From assembly GCA_031423615.1 (NCBI GenBank), contig JANPFV010000015.1, positions 14,666 to 78,665 of the forward strand: DNA of 64,000 nt, written 5' to 3'. The notes beneath the pieces are model-generated. The model saw only the letters and a program-made list of their open reading frames with translations, made no database searches and had not been told where the DNA came from. Origin of the DNA: Candidatus Omnitrophota bacterium (GTDB lineage Bacteria; Omnitrophota; Gorgyraeia; Zapsychrales; JANLHA01). The position numbers were made by a program, and so were the translations under genes. Of this stretch, positions 39,101 to 48,323 are shown in pieces. The number at the start of each line of letters is the position of its first letter. Positions within the stretch are counted from its first letter, which is position 1.

Positions 39101-42100
39101 CATTGTGATCAAATGGGAAGAATTGTACACAAATAGGTTGATTAAAACGTTTGTCCCGGTTTCGCGAAAGACATTCATCAGGAATCAATGTGAGCATCCT
39201 TTAAAAATTGGTAGTCAAGTTCTTAGGACAGAGATTTCGTCAAATATTGAACTTAAACAAGAAGTTGAAGAAATTAAGCCGCAATCTAGGCCTGTTGCAC
39301 ACGGTCAAGATAACATTGCCGACTTGTTGGTGGACTTGATACAGGCGATGACGGGTTTTGATCGAGGATCAATTTCTTTAAAATCAAGACTTTTAGATGA
39401 TTTAAATTTGGATTCAATTAAAGCGGCTGAATTAATTGGTCAGGCGGCAAAAGTTCTTGGGATCGCCGGACAATTAGATCCTTCGCGGTTTTCCAATCAT
39501 ACTGTGGAACAAATCCGGGATCATTTATATAAATTAGTGGGTGAGACTAAGAGTAGCCAGATTGAGGAGACTACAGCGAGTCTTTTAAAACGTTATCATG
39601 ACAAAAATTGGGTTAGAAATTTTGTTGTTGATTTTAAACAAGAGGAAATAATCAGCCGTAATGTTAATCAATTAAAGAATTTAAAGAGTATCGTCATTCT
39701 GTCTGGTAAAGGTGAAGACGCATTAGTAAATTCGATTAAAAAAGAATTTAGTAATTCCAAAGCCAAATTTCAAAAGATTTATTTTGGCGACAGTCAGCAA
39801 AAATTAGAGAAGTTTGGCACAATAGACTGTCTGATTGTTGTTTTGCCTAAAGCTCCTCAGAATAAAGATTTTGATAAGAATTCTTTCCAAGAAATAGTCG
39901 AACGGCTCCATCAATCTATTAAATTAGCTAATTCAAAGCAAGTCCACAAGGATTCTTTTGTTGTTCTAGTACAGTTTAAAAATATTACATCCAGCTGTTC
40001 AAAATCTATAGCCTCGACACTTTATCTTGAAAGACCGGATTTAAAGGTTCGCATTCTTGATTTCGATGCATCCGCTTCCGAAAAACAAATCTCCCCAAGA
40101 ATTATCGACGAACTTCAAACATACGAGCGTTTTAATACCGTCGAGTATGACCTTAAATTTAGAAGAAGTGTTGGCTATTATCAAAATTCAGAACCGGCAA
40201 CATACAAGAAAAGAAACAGCTCTTGGACTTCCAAAGATGTTGTTTTGGTGACAGGCGGGGCAAAAGGTGTCACCGCGCAATGCGCTTTAGAGTTTGCCCG
40301 CAGTACTAAGGCGCGAATGGTTTTGGTCGGTCGCTCGCTGCTCCCTGGGAATCAGAAAGATGAAAACAATGAGATATTGCAGACCCTGCGTCAATTCGAC
40401 AAAGAAGGCCTAAAGGCTTATTACTATCCATGCGATGTAACTAATGAGAAACAGGTTAGCAAAACGATTCAGGAGATTGAAAAAAAACTTGGCAAGATCA
40501 CTGGATTTGTCCATGGATCTGGTTTAAATAGTCTAAAGCGATTGCAACAAGTTGCTTCTGAGGATGCTTTTGAGGAATCCCTTCCAAAAGTCATGGGTGC
40601 CGTCAATGTTTGTAAGGCCATGTCGCAACCGCCAAAGTTAATTGCTGGGATTACCTCTATTATTGGTTTGACTGGAATGGAAGGAAGCGGTTGGTATGGA
40701 CTGGCCAATGAGGTTTTAAATCTTTATCTTCATCAGTTTAAAAATCAAAATCCACAAACTGATGTTGTAACGATTGCTTACAGCGTTTGGGACGAAATCG
40801 GTATGGGGGCTAAATTAGGTAGTATTGACCGCCTTGCCGAAAAGGGCATTGGCGCTATTCCAGTCGCAGAAGGAGTAAAGCGATTTAAACAATTGATCGA
40901 AAACGATCCGGGCACTCAACAGGTCATTGTAGCAGGCAGACTCGCGGGAATAGATACTTGGAAATCGGCCACTTTAAAAATTAATTATTTTAGATTTATT
41001 GAAAAAGTCGAGTATATTCTGCCCGAGGTAGAACTCATTGCTCGAGTGCACCTTAATATCAAGGATGATGTTTATTTATTAGATCACAACTGGAAAGGTT
41101 CTTTATTGTTTCCGTTTGTATTTGGCTTTGAAGCTATGGCGCAGGGGGTCGCTTATGTCTTAGGGATTGAGAAATTCGATTACATTAAAGCTAAGAATAT
41201 TAATCTTGAACGGCCGATCTCTGTGCCGCAGGAATCAGGAACTACGATAGAGATTCATGCGCAAGTTTTAGAACGCAAGAAAAATGACGATAGCAGAGAA
41301 GTTAAAGTGGAAATTTATTCACAAGAGACAGGCTACAAAGAACCGCATTTTTCAGCAGTTTTTGAGGTTGATAAAAAGCCAAAGACTTTTGTAAAACCAG
41401 AGCATTCTTTGATGAAAAAAGCAAAAAAAGTCATTGATCTAGATATGCAGACCGATATTTATGGACCTATTTTATTCCAAGGAAAATTGTTCCAATGCAT
41501 CGAAAAAATTCACCAACTTCATTACGATAAGGACGATAAAAAAGGACAATGTGTTTTCACGGCCAGCTATAACAAATCAACCCGTATTTTTTTAAAGGAA
41601 AACAAAAAATTTAAAGGCGATTTCTTAATCGGCGACCCCTTTTTTATTGACTCAGTTTTGCAATCGATGCAACTTATTATTCCGCAGGATTTATCGTTAC
41701 CCAGGAAGATAAGATCAATAGAATTAACTCCCTTGAGCAGGAAATTTCACTCTGAAATGATATCCCAGTCTTACATAAAAAAGGTAAATAGTGAATATTA
41801 TAGTGGCGATGCCGAAGTTGCTCTGGGCGGTTTTGTTTTGAAGATTAAGAATTGCCATCTCATAATACTGGAGACCTTGAGCAATAACCTCCCTACTAAT
41901 GATCTTGTAAATCCAGCCTTAAGAGATCAAAAGATAATTCAGACTAGAGTAGACGAGTTTAGTAAAGAATTAAACTTTATTTCTCCCATTATTTGTTGTT
42001 TATATGATGAGCGATTGAAGAATACCAATAAGGATTTGCGGCGTAAAATTGAAGCACCTCTTGTTAAGGTTGCGGTAGAGAAATTATTTGAGAGAAGTAA

Positions 42101-43592
42101 GAAGCCTGTCAAAAGTTTTACACTTAGTTGGCTTAACTCAGGAAAACCAGTTATTGGAGGTAAAAATGTTCAAGACATTGGAGTATCTATTTCACATTAT
42201 GGGGCGTTTCTTATGGTGATCGTTGGTTATGGAGAGCAAGGGTGTGATGTAGAAAATATACAAGAAAGAAACATGGGCCAATGGTTGGGCTTACTGGGAA
42301 AAAACAAATATAAACTTCTAGAACAGATGATTGCTCAAGGTAATAATTTAAATGTAGCAGGCACCTCTATATGGGGTGCAACTGAAGCAATAAAGAAATT
42401 TCATGGTAAATCCGAGAATTCAGTACAGTTTGTTAATGTGAACAGCAAGTATTCCACATTTAAATCGGCAGATTTGAATGAAAATAAACAAGTGATAACT
42501 TTTGTGATTCGACAAAAGATAATTATTTCTTTAATTGTTAATTTTGTAATTTCAAAAGAAATTGGCAGGGAAGCAATAAGGCTCGGATATAACGCTAATG
42601 TTTTTAGGATAGATCTTCAGTTAACTGGATCGCAAGAACAGCCGGTTTATATCCAAAGATTTCCTATAACATTTAAGAATGTAAAAGACTTAGGTAAAAG
42701 AGTTTATTTTGCTGATTATTTTGACTGGATTGGTGAAGTAAGAGAATATGGTTTATATCCAATCAAACACGAGTTGATTAGTCTATTCGAAACCGGCAAA
42801 TGGGGAATGGCAACAAATCATGTTAAGTTGAGAATATTAGGTGCGCTGAGGATAGATGATATTGTCGAGGCGAGGTTATGGCTGAATCGTGTTTCTGGAG
42901 AAAAGAACTCTGTATTAGATTTAATGTTTGAATGGTTTAGAGTAACATCCAATGACGAATATGAAAAAGTAGCGCTTAGCGAGCAACGTGTTTCATGGAT
43001 TCAGATAACTGGCCATGGAGAAGGGAAGATTGAGTCTTTCCCAAAATCTATAAATGAATTTATTGACATGTTGGGACCGCGAAAAAAGCATGTAGATAGG
43101 GATGAGAATCAAGCGAGGTATAGAGAATTAAATCTGGGAGAACAAAGATATCTTTTAGAAAGCACGAAGAATCTTCTTTTAACAGAAGAGATTTTCTCAA
43201 CGAGCCTTGAAGAATCGAATCTGGTAGGCAATATTTATTTTTCAAATTATGCTAAATGGCTAGGAAAAACCAGAGATAATTACTTCAGGGATTTGTTACC
43301 GAGTTATTATTTAGGCAAAGGAGAAAAGGGAGAATTTATTTGTTTAGATTGTGAAATATTTCATTTAATGGAGGCTATGCCTTTCGATAAGATAAGAGTC
43401 AAAATGTTTTTAAAGAAAGCTTTTCAGTATGGACTCGATTTTTATTTCGAGTTTTTAAAATATAAGGATGGCCAGGAGTCGAAACGATTGGCTTATGGCA
43501 CTCATAGGGTAGTATTTGGTAAAAGCGATAAAGGTAAAATTGTTCGGTATGATTTGCCAGTAGAAATTTTAAAAGTAGTAAATAATACTTAA
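36162..43592 (+). CDS. iterative type I polyketide synthase with enediyne-PKSE-like architecture (KS-AT-ACP-KR-DH-PPTase) and a C-terminal tandem hotdog thioesterase-like extension (2476 aa)
   Basis: KS active site VDGACSSSL with HGTGT and GH motifs; AT GHSLGE; ACP LNLDSIKAAEL; KR VVLVTGGAKGVTAQCA; DH HNWKGSLLFP (HxxxGxxxxP); PPTase VSISHYG, GCDVENI, WGATEAIKK; two C-terminal 4HBT-like segments; GGAG RBS 6 nt upstream of the ATG. Confidence 0.85.
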   Translation: MSEKLFRRLERFRLRNTLSILAFCKQLDTSPVNYHRWKKARHIVGPYKKILEDFLDRNDNPQGFPQSSYKVASNIAVIGIACYYPGANNLKDLWGNILARRVQFRRMLDQRLPLSQYYDADIKSPEKTYLTKAAFIENFKFDWDRLRIPRKTVESTDIAHWLALDTALKTFEDAGYKLRDIPLQNTGVIVGNTLTGEQTRSQSLRLRWPYVNKVLKTTMTHLSMGQENQNRLAHEMEKIYKSAFYPITEDSLSGGLANTIAGRICNYLNLKGGGYIVDGACSSSLLSVATAADALKMGNMDLALAGGVDVSLDPFELVGFAKAGALAKDQMRVYDQHANGFLPGEGCGFVLLKRLEDAIKDKNYIYAVIKGWGISSDGKGGIMEPSSSGQSFAIERAYKDLEYKISDVDFVEGHGTGTAKGDRVELEGIATAIAKAAQKNNSRLCGVTSFKSIVGHTKAAAGVGGLIKAICAVNQRILPPTANCSEPNDVFQDKAKGLYPIMQGSILLQGTKAKAGISSAGFGGINCHITVESKDLPKQTLKSEIEERALFVSNQKTEVFVFAARTTIHLQKVIQKFKEDLRNISIAEMADLAALLNKKARNRLPIKASIVADSPENLYEALKSLEKEITATPVEEGQIYRIQANDSNTHIILSHTVKTKRIGFIYPGQGSQRLNMTRTLVERYKWARDLLNLSKLPLYDLIYKSTDKFSTKEDQQEFEKQIADTKITQPAIIASSLIWTEFLSRLGIDPECVAGHSLGELIAFYRAGAFSKETLIKFAELRGRLMASRGRFSGSMVSLFCSKNQAEELIGKVTGNIVIANINSPTQVIVSGGHKEIERTVVLAEKEGISLYRLNVSNAFHSSFMKEASEKIQSSKILPDSFKVGDIKVYSGMSATALSSKVNLKEYFSKQVISPVSFVDTIEAISKNCDVLIEVGPGRVATDLIKAINKQQAPLCLPIESTSQNDKDLNIVLAELFVRNIVIKWEELYTNRLIKTFVPVSRKTFIRNQCEHPLKIGSQVLRTEISSNIELKQEVEEIKPQSRPVAHGQDNIADLLVDLIQAMTGFDRGSISLKSRLLDDLNLDSIKAAELIGQAAKVLGIAGQLDPSRFSNHTVEQIRDHLYKLVGETKSSQIEETTASLLKRYHDKNWVRNFVVDFKQEEIISRNVNQLKNLKSIVILSGKGEDALVNSIKKEFSNSKAKFQKIYFGDSQQKLEKFGTIDCLIVVLPKAPQNKDFDKNSFQEIVERLHQSIKLANSKQVHKDSFVVLVQFKNITSSCSKSIASTLYLERPDLKVRILDFDASASEKQISPRIIDELQTYERFNTVEYDLKFRRSVGYYQNSEPATYKKRNSSWTSKDVVLVTGGAKGVTAQCALEFARSTKARMVLVGRSLLPGNQKDENNEILQTLRQFDKEGLKAYYYPCDVTNEKQVSKTIQEIEKKLGKITGFVHGSGLNSLKRLQQVASEDAFEESLPKVMGAVNVCKAMSQPPKLIAGITSIIGLTGMEGSGWYGLANEVLNLYLHQFKNQNPQTDVVTIAYSVWDEIGMGAKLGSIDRLAEKGIGAIPVAEGVKRFKQLIENDPGTQQVIVAGRLAGIDTWKSATLKINYFRFIEKVEYILPEVELIARVHLNIKDDVYLLDHNWKGSLLFPFVFGFEAMAQGVAYVLGIEKFDYIKAKNINLERPISVPQESGTTIEIHAQVLERKKNDDSREVKVEIYSQETGYKEPHFSAVFEVDKKPKTFVKPEHSLMKKAKKVIDLDMQTDIYGPILFQGKLFQCIEKIHQLHYDKDDKKGQCVFTASYNKSTRIFLKENKKFKGDFLIGDPFFIDSVLQSMQLIIPQDLSLPRKIRSIELTPLSRKFHSEMISQSYIKKVNSEYYSGDAEVALGGFVLKIKNCHLIILETLSNNLPTNDLVNPALRDQKIIQTRVDEFSKELNFISPIICCLYDERLKNTNKDLRRKIEAPLVKVAVEKLFERSKKPVKSFTLSWLNSGKPVIGGKNVQDIGVSISHYGAFLMVIVGYGEQGCDVENIQERNMGQWLGLLGKNKYKLLEQMIAQGNNLNVAGTSIWGATEAIKKFHGKSENSVQFVNVNSKYSTFKSADLNENKQVITFVIRQKIIISLIVNFVISKEIGREAIRLGYNANVFRIDLQLTGSQEQPVYIQRFPITFKNVKDLGKRVYFADYFDWIGEVREYGLYPIKHELISLFETGKWGMATNHVKLRILGALRIDDIVEARLWLNRVSGEKNSVLDLMFEWFRVTSNDEYEKVALSEQRVSWIQITGHGEGKIESFPKSINEFIDMLGPRKKHVDRDENQARYRELNLGEQRYLLESTKNLLLTEEIFSTSLEESNLVGNIYFSNYAKWLGKTRDNYFRDLLPSYYLGKGEKGEFICLDCEIFHLMEAMPFDKIRVKMFLKKAFQYGLDFYFEFLKYKDGQESKRLAYGTHRVVFGKSDKGKIVRYDLPVEILKVVNNT

Positions 43593-43615
43593 GTTTTTAG
43601 GGGATTTATCTAAGC

Positions 43616-45796
43616 ATGAACTCAGTGGCACATTTACAGATTGTTTTATTTTCAGTTTCCGGGTTGATTGTTGGCCTGACGAGTATAATTTTAGCGTTAA
43701 TTTTAATTCTTTATGGAAAATCTAAACTTCATAGAATTTTTGCATTATTTAATTTTGCTGTTGCGTGGTGGGGTATTGCTGCATTCTTTATTGGTAAGTC
43801 AACCGATGCTGGTCAAACATTACTGCTTTTTAAAATAGCTCATATAGGAATTATTTTTATTGCAGTATTTTTTTATCATTTTTCCTGCATTTTTGCGGGT
43901 ATTAATCGAAAATTCTTAATTTCTTTCGCATATTATCAAGGCATCTTTTTTAGTCTACTGGCAATCTTTGATTTGGTCCCTTTTATTTCTAAAGTGGAAA
44001 AGATCAAAGACTCTCTTTTTTACCTACAATCTTCAGGTGTTTATCCTATTTTCTTCTCTCTATGGATTTTCTTGGTTTTTGTTGCTTTAGTTGAGACATT
44101 TCTTCAGTTTCGAATAGAAAAGAATGCTATTAAAAGAAATCAAGAACTATATCTTTTATTTTGGTTTTGTGTAGGGTTTTCCGGTGGTATTAGTAACTTC
44201 TTGCCTGCTTTTCAAATAAATATTATTCCTTTCGGAAATTTTACTATTCCAATTTATTGTGGCGTTGCCTCATACGCTATTTTAAAGCATAGCCTTTTGG
44301 ATATAAAAATTGTTGTTACTCGATTTGGTGTTTTCTTTTTGGTTTATTTTTTTGTCTTGGGTATCCCATTTGGTTTAGAAGCATGGGGACAGGAATGGTT
44401 AAAAGGGATATTGGGAGCGTTTGGAAGTTGGATTCCTATGCTGGTCCTTTTGGGGTTTGCTACTATAGGCCCATTTATTTATCTTTATCTCCAACGGAAA
44501 GCCGAAGAAAATATTCTGCAAGTCGAACAGGGGACTCAGGATTCCCTGAAGCAGGCTTCCTATGGCATGAACACCATCCATCATCTCGACAAATTATTAA
44601 ATCTTATCGTTAATGTTGTCGTTAGAACACTGCGCTTAGATTCGGCAAAGATTTTTTTGTTAGACCGTGATGCACAGAGCTATATTTTAAAAGCCTCGGA
44701 AGGTCAGCAAGAAAAAGTATTGCTGGTGGGGGACCCGTTAATTTTGGAGTTAAAGAGAAAGCAATATCCCTTAGTCTATGATGAAATTAAAATGCTGACC
44801 GATGGAGGAGACAAAACTTTATTAACTGTTGAATCGCAAATGCGAGATTTATCAATCAGTGTCATCGTTCCCATCGTGCTTAACAATAGTTTATTGGGCT
44901 TTTTGACTTTAGGGGAGCGCAAATCAAAAGCCATGTATACAAGAGGTCTATTAAATACATTATCAATTCTTGGGAATCAGGCTGGCCTTGCTATCGATCG
45001 ATGCAATTATATCGACGCTGAAGCAAAACGCCTCGAAGCGGAAGGACTAAAAGAAAGAATGGTCTCTTTAGACCATATGGCCAGTTCAATGGCTCATGAA
45101 ATCGACAATCCGATGCATATTATTCGCTCCTCTTTGTCTTTCCTCAAAGATTTTGTTTTAAAAGATGCTCGCGTTTCCGTTTTGCCCCAGGAAATAAAGA
45201 ATGATTTCCAGGAAGCCATTGTGCGCAGCCTTCACGCCGGAGATAGAGTGTCGGGTATGATCAAAGCCATTTTGGATTATTCGCGGATGGGAACAGGAAA
45301 GTTGGAGTCGGTGCGGATTGGTGAAGCATGGGACGGCTTCCTCCAACTTATCCAGCCGCAGATTAGAGAAGAGAAAGTAATATTTATAAAAGAGATTGAG
45401 AATGATTTGCCGCCCGTCTTGGGGGATCGTGTTCAGTTGGAAGAAATTTTTATGAATTTTGTCCGGAATTCGCTTCACGCGATCAAACGGAATGCAGACA
45501 AGAAAATAACCCTTAAGATTTTTAAAAAAAGCAATGACATCGTCCGCATTGAATGTTCCGATAATGGTTATGGCATCCCAAAGGAAATCATTAATGATAT
45601 TTTTCTTTCTTCCATGACCACGAAGGGCTCAAGCGAAGGCACAGGGCTGGGTCTCTATCGGGTAAGAAAAATTGTCGATCTTTTTCGGGGAAAAGTATGG
45701 GCCGAATCGGAAGGCCAGGAAAAAGGTGCTACTTTCATCGTGGAATTACCCGTGTATGAGAATAGTAAAAGTGATAATGACGGAGAAGCCGTTTAA
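43616..45796 (+). CDS. sensor histidine kinase with N-terminal multi-TM sensor region, GAF-like domain, HisKA and HATPase_c
   Basis: about 8 hydrophobic segments in the first 300 aa; H-box MAHEIDNPMHII; N-box FVRNSLHAI; G-boxes DNGYGIP and GTGLGL. Confidence 0.85.
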   Translation: MNSVAHLQIVLFSVSGLIVGLTSIILALILILYGKSKLHRIFALFNFAVAWWGIAAFFIGKSTDAGQTLLLFKIAHIGIIFIAVFFYHFSCIFAGINRKFLISFAYYQGIFFSLLAIFDLVPFISKVEKIKDSLFYLQSSGVYPIFFSLWIFLVFVALVETFLQFRIEKNAIKRNQELYLLFWFCVGFSGGISNFLPAFQINIIPFGNFTIPIYCGVASYAILKHSLLDIKIVVTRFGVFFLVYFFVLGIPFGLEAWGQEWLKGILGAFGSWIPMLVLLGFATIGPFIYLYLQRKAEENILQVEQGTQDSLKQASYGMNTIHHLDKLLNLIVNVVVRTLRLDSAKIFLLDRDAQSYILKASEGQQEKVLLVGDPLILELKRKQYPLVYDEIKMLTDGGDKTLLTVESQMRDLSISVIVPIVLNNSLLGFLTLGERKSKAMYTRGLLNTLSILGNQAGLAIDRCNYIDAEAKRLEAEGLKERMVSLDHMASSMAHEIDNPMHIIRSSLSFLKDFVLKDARVSVLPQEIKNDFQEAIVRSLHAGDRVSGMIKAILDYSRMGTGKLESVRIGEAWDGFLQLIQPQIREEKVIFIKEIENDLPPVLGDRVQLEEIFMNFVRNSLHAIKRNADKKITLKIFKKSNDIVRIECSDNGYGIPKEIINDIFLSSMTTKGSSEGTGLGLYRVRKIVDLFRGKVWAESEGQEKGATFIVELPVYENSKSDNDGEAV

Positions 45797-45808
45797 AAGG
45801 AGCAAATT

Positions 45809-46213
45809 ATGGATCGGTCCAAAATAAAGATTTTGGTCGTCGATGATGAAGAGGATATTACATTTTTTACCGCCAAGATATTGCAGTACGATGGGTTTCA
45901 GGTTTATAAAGCCTTAGATGGAGCTTCGGCATTGGCAGTCTTTGAAAAGGAATGTCCGCATATTTGTCTCTTGGATGTTCACTTGGGATATTCCAAAATA
46001 GATGGAATGGAAGTTTTAGAAAAAATAAGGAAATCGGGCAGCGACACGGAATGTATTATGATTACTCGGATCACAGATCAAGAAACGATGGCAAAAGCAA
46101 AGACCCTAGGCGTAAAGGAATATTTATTAAAGCCATTGGCCATGGAGGATTGGTTAAAGAAGGTGCATGCTGTCGCAGAAAATATCGACGAGAGGAGTGC
46201 GCCCCATGGCTAA
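45809..46213 (+). CDS. single-domain response regulator (REC only)
   Basis: ILVVDDEEDI...CLLDVHLG...MITRITDQ...LLKP. Confidence 0.85.
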   Translation: MDRSKIKILVVDDEEDITFFTAKILQYDGFQVYKALDGASALAVFEKECPHICLLDVHLGYSKIDGMEVLEKIRKSGSDTECIMITRITDQETMAKAKTLGVKEYLLKPLAMEDWLKKVHAVAENIDERSAPHG

Positions 46214-46709
46214 TCCTCTTAACAATGAGCAGGCTTTGTATGACCAAATCAAGAATGAGAAAATCACCGTTCCATTGGTCATTTGGGATTTGATGTATCG
46301 CTATCTGGGTGATGAAATATCCGCGATGACGCAAATTACTTTGTCTTATTGGCGGTGCAATGAGCCGATCCCCGTCTCTGATGCCGGCAAGCTGCTTGAC
46401 CATTCCAAGAAGATCAACACCGTGATCAGAAAAATTATTTATCATGACGAGATTAAAGATGAAAATGAAAAAATTGGGGAATTAAGAAATATTAACACCA
46501 AACTTCACCCGATTCTTAATGAACTGTTCTTTCATTATATCGGTAATGATCTCTATGGAATTGACTTGATTGTCGCGTCCTATATTGATGAATCAGATCC
46601 GCAGCCGGTTCCGGTAGAAATGGCCCGTAAGATTTTAAATAAAACTGCCAGCATGAAATTGTTTATGGATAGATTAAGGGAAGCGACCAATCAGGAAGTA
46701 AGAATTTAG
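46206..46709 (+). CDS. hypothetical protein (167 aa) between two receiver genes
   Basis: start at the ATG at 46206 (MANPLNNEQ), overlapping the previous gene by 8 nt; no motif recognised. Confidence 0.45.
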   Translation: MANPLNNEQALYDQIKNEKITVPLVIWDLMYRYLGDEISAMTQITLSYWRCNEPIPVSDAGKLLDHSKKINTVIRKIIYHDEIKDENEKIGELRNINTKLHPILNELFFHYIGNDLYGIDLIVASYIDESDPQPVPVEMARKILNKTASMKLFMDRLREATNQEVRI

Positions 46710-46718
46710 GAGACAGGG

Positions 46719-47489
46719 ATGATTAAGATATTGATTGTCGACGACGAACCGGAAATTTGCGAATCGATTAAAAAACCTTTTGCTTACCTGGGGTTTACGG
46801 TGTTTACGGCGACCACAGCCAAGAAAGCCTTAAACATTTTTGAGAAGAATAAACCCAAGATTATTTTCTTGGATATTATTATGCCGGATAGGGATGGTTT
46901 GGAATTGCTTAAGAAGTTTAAAGAGCTGGATCCGAAAGTCATTGTCATCATGGTCACGGCTAAAGGCGGCGAGGAAACCCGTAAGAAAGCGATTGCGCTC
47001 GGCGCCGATGATTTTATGACCAAGGGCTTTAGTTTTGAGGATTTGCGGGATATTTCCCGGAAAAAAATTGAGATGCTTCTGGGAAAAGCCGGTCATATGC
47101 AAAAACCGCGCATTCTAATTGTCGACGATGAAGATCAGGCCCGCGATAATTTACGAAATTTTATAACTCCATTGTATGAATGCGATATTGAAGAAGCGCA
47201 GGATGGCGAATCGGCGATTGAAAAGGTCCAAAAGATGCAGCCGGATGTTGTTTTATTAGATGTGAGAATGCCCGGGGTGGATGGAATTAGGGCCATTGAA
47301 GAAATCAAGGAGATCAGTCCGGATTCGCGTATTATTGTGATCAGCGGTCACGGGACGCCCGATGTTGTTTCAAAAGCCATGGCTTTGGGAGCGTTTGATT
47401 ATTTGGTCAAGCCCATTGACTTTGAACTGTTTCCGGAAAGATTTGAACCGGCCCTGATTAGTATGGGAAAACTTATCAAAAAGACTTAG
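46719..47489 (+). CDS. tandem-receiver response regulator (REC-REC, no output domain)
   Basis: first REC ILIVDDEPEI...FLDIIMPDRDG...MVTAKG...DFMTKG; second REC ILIVDDEDQA...LLDVRMPGVDG...VISGHG...DYLVKP. Confidence 0.85.
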   Translation: MIKILIVDDEPEICESIKKPFAYLGFTVFTATTAKKALNIFEKNKPKIIFLDIIMPDRDGLELLKKFKELDPKVIVIMVTAKGGEETRKKAIALGADDFMTKGFSFEDLRDISRKKIEMLLGKAGHMQKPRILIVDDEDQARDNLRNFITPLYECDIEEAQDGESAIEKVQKMQPDVVLLDVRMPGVDGIRAIEEIKEISPDSRIIVISGHGTPDVVSKAMALGAFDYLVKPIDFELFPERFEPALISMGKLIKKT

Positions 47490-47537
47490 TCCCAATTTTT
47501 GTCAGAGGGTTTAATTTATAGAAAATTGGGATTACCT

Positions 47538-47577
47538 CGATAGACCGTTGGTCTATCGACTGTTCGGGCGGATTTTT
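47538..47577. terminator. candidate bidirectional terminator between convergent genes
   Basis: perfect 9-bp inverted repeat cgatagacc-gtt-ggtctatcg, followed 13 nt later by a T6 run. Confidence 0.35.
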
Positions 47578-47595
47578 TCTATTGAAAAATCCGGG

Positions 47596-48171
47596 TTAAT
47601 AGCGGCCGGGGTTTTCAATAGCTATAAATTTGCATTTGACTTTTGAAATATTTTTGAATTGATGTGATTTGGTGCTGTCAAAAGAAACGCTGTCCCCGCC
47701 TTTTAAAGTCATTTCTTTATCTGCAATGACGCAGACCAGTTGTCCCATGACGACATAAACCAATTTTTCATATTTCCCTCGGCCCTGAGGAGCGCGGTCT
47801 ATCGGAGTTTGCCCCGCTGGCTGAAGGACGAACTCTTGCGCTAAAAAACTGTGATTAGGGTTATTGATTATACTCGATGAAGCAGTCGGGCCGAAGATGT
47901 AGCCGCCGCTTTTTTCCCGTTCGCGCTTCCTTATTATGAGGCATTCTTCGAATTCGGTGTCCTTAAACAGTTCTTTGAGAGGAATATTTAAAAGGTAGCA
48001 AAGTGTGTTTAGTGATGAAAATTTATGGGTATGTCCGGCTTCGATCCTATTGATGGTAGGGATAGAGATACACTTCTGGGGACCTAAAATCACCAGTCCC
48101 CGCTCATAAACATCTCGCACGGTTAAGTTTAAATCCTTTCGGATTTTTTTAATCTTTTCGTAATATTTCAT
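47596..48171 (-). CDS. XRE-family HTH transcriptional regulator with C-terminal cupin domain
   Basis: start set at the internal ATG at 48171 (MKYYEKIKKIRKDLNLTVRDVYERG), where an RBS-like GAAGGG lies upstream (the track ORF runs to 48243); HTH_XRE segment at the N-terminus; cupin-like segment GQLVCVIADKEMTLKGGDSVSF. Confidence 0.7.
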   Translation of the reverse strand: MKYYEKIKKIRKDLNLTVRDVYERGLVILGPQKCISIPTINRIEAGHTHKFSSLNTLCYLLNIPLKELFKDTEFEECLIIRKREREKSGGYIFGPTASSSIINNPNHSFLAQEFVLQPAGQTPIDRAPQGRGKYEKLVYVVMGQLVCVIADKEMTLKGGDSVSFDSTKSHQFKNISKVKCKFIAIENPGRY

Positions 48172-48244
48172 CTTTTTCCCTTCACTACGTTTATACAATA
48201 ACCAAGCATTTATGTCAATCATAATTAGCACAAAAGTTCTCAAT

Positions 48245-48272
48245 TTTGATATATTTTATAAAATATATCAAA
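48245..48272. promoter_or_regulatory. perfect 28-bp palindrome TTTGATATATTTTATAAAATATATCAAA, candidate operator
   Basis: reverse-complement identity checked by hand; sits in an AT-rich divergent promoter region about 75 nt upstream of the XRE-cupin gene. Confidence 0.5.
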
Positions 48273-48323
48273 TATAAATTAGCATTAATAATTTAATTGT
48301 ATGCAATGTAATAACTTATGAGA

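Noticed and set aside
36162-43592. Considered whether the giant ORF is a PUFA-synthase PfaA or heterocyst-glycolipid HglE-type enzyme rather than PKSE-like
   Set aside because: PfaA/HglE carry tandem ACPs and lack an integrated PPTase. Here there is a single ACP, and a clear SISH / GxDVE / WxxxEAxxK PPTase follows the DH, which fits the PKSE architecture better. KS phylogeny is still needed.
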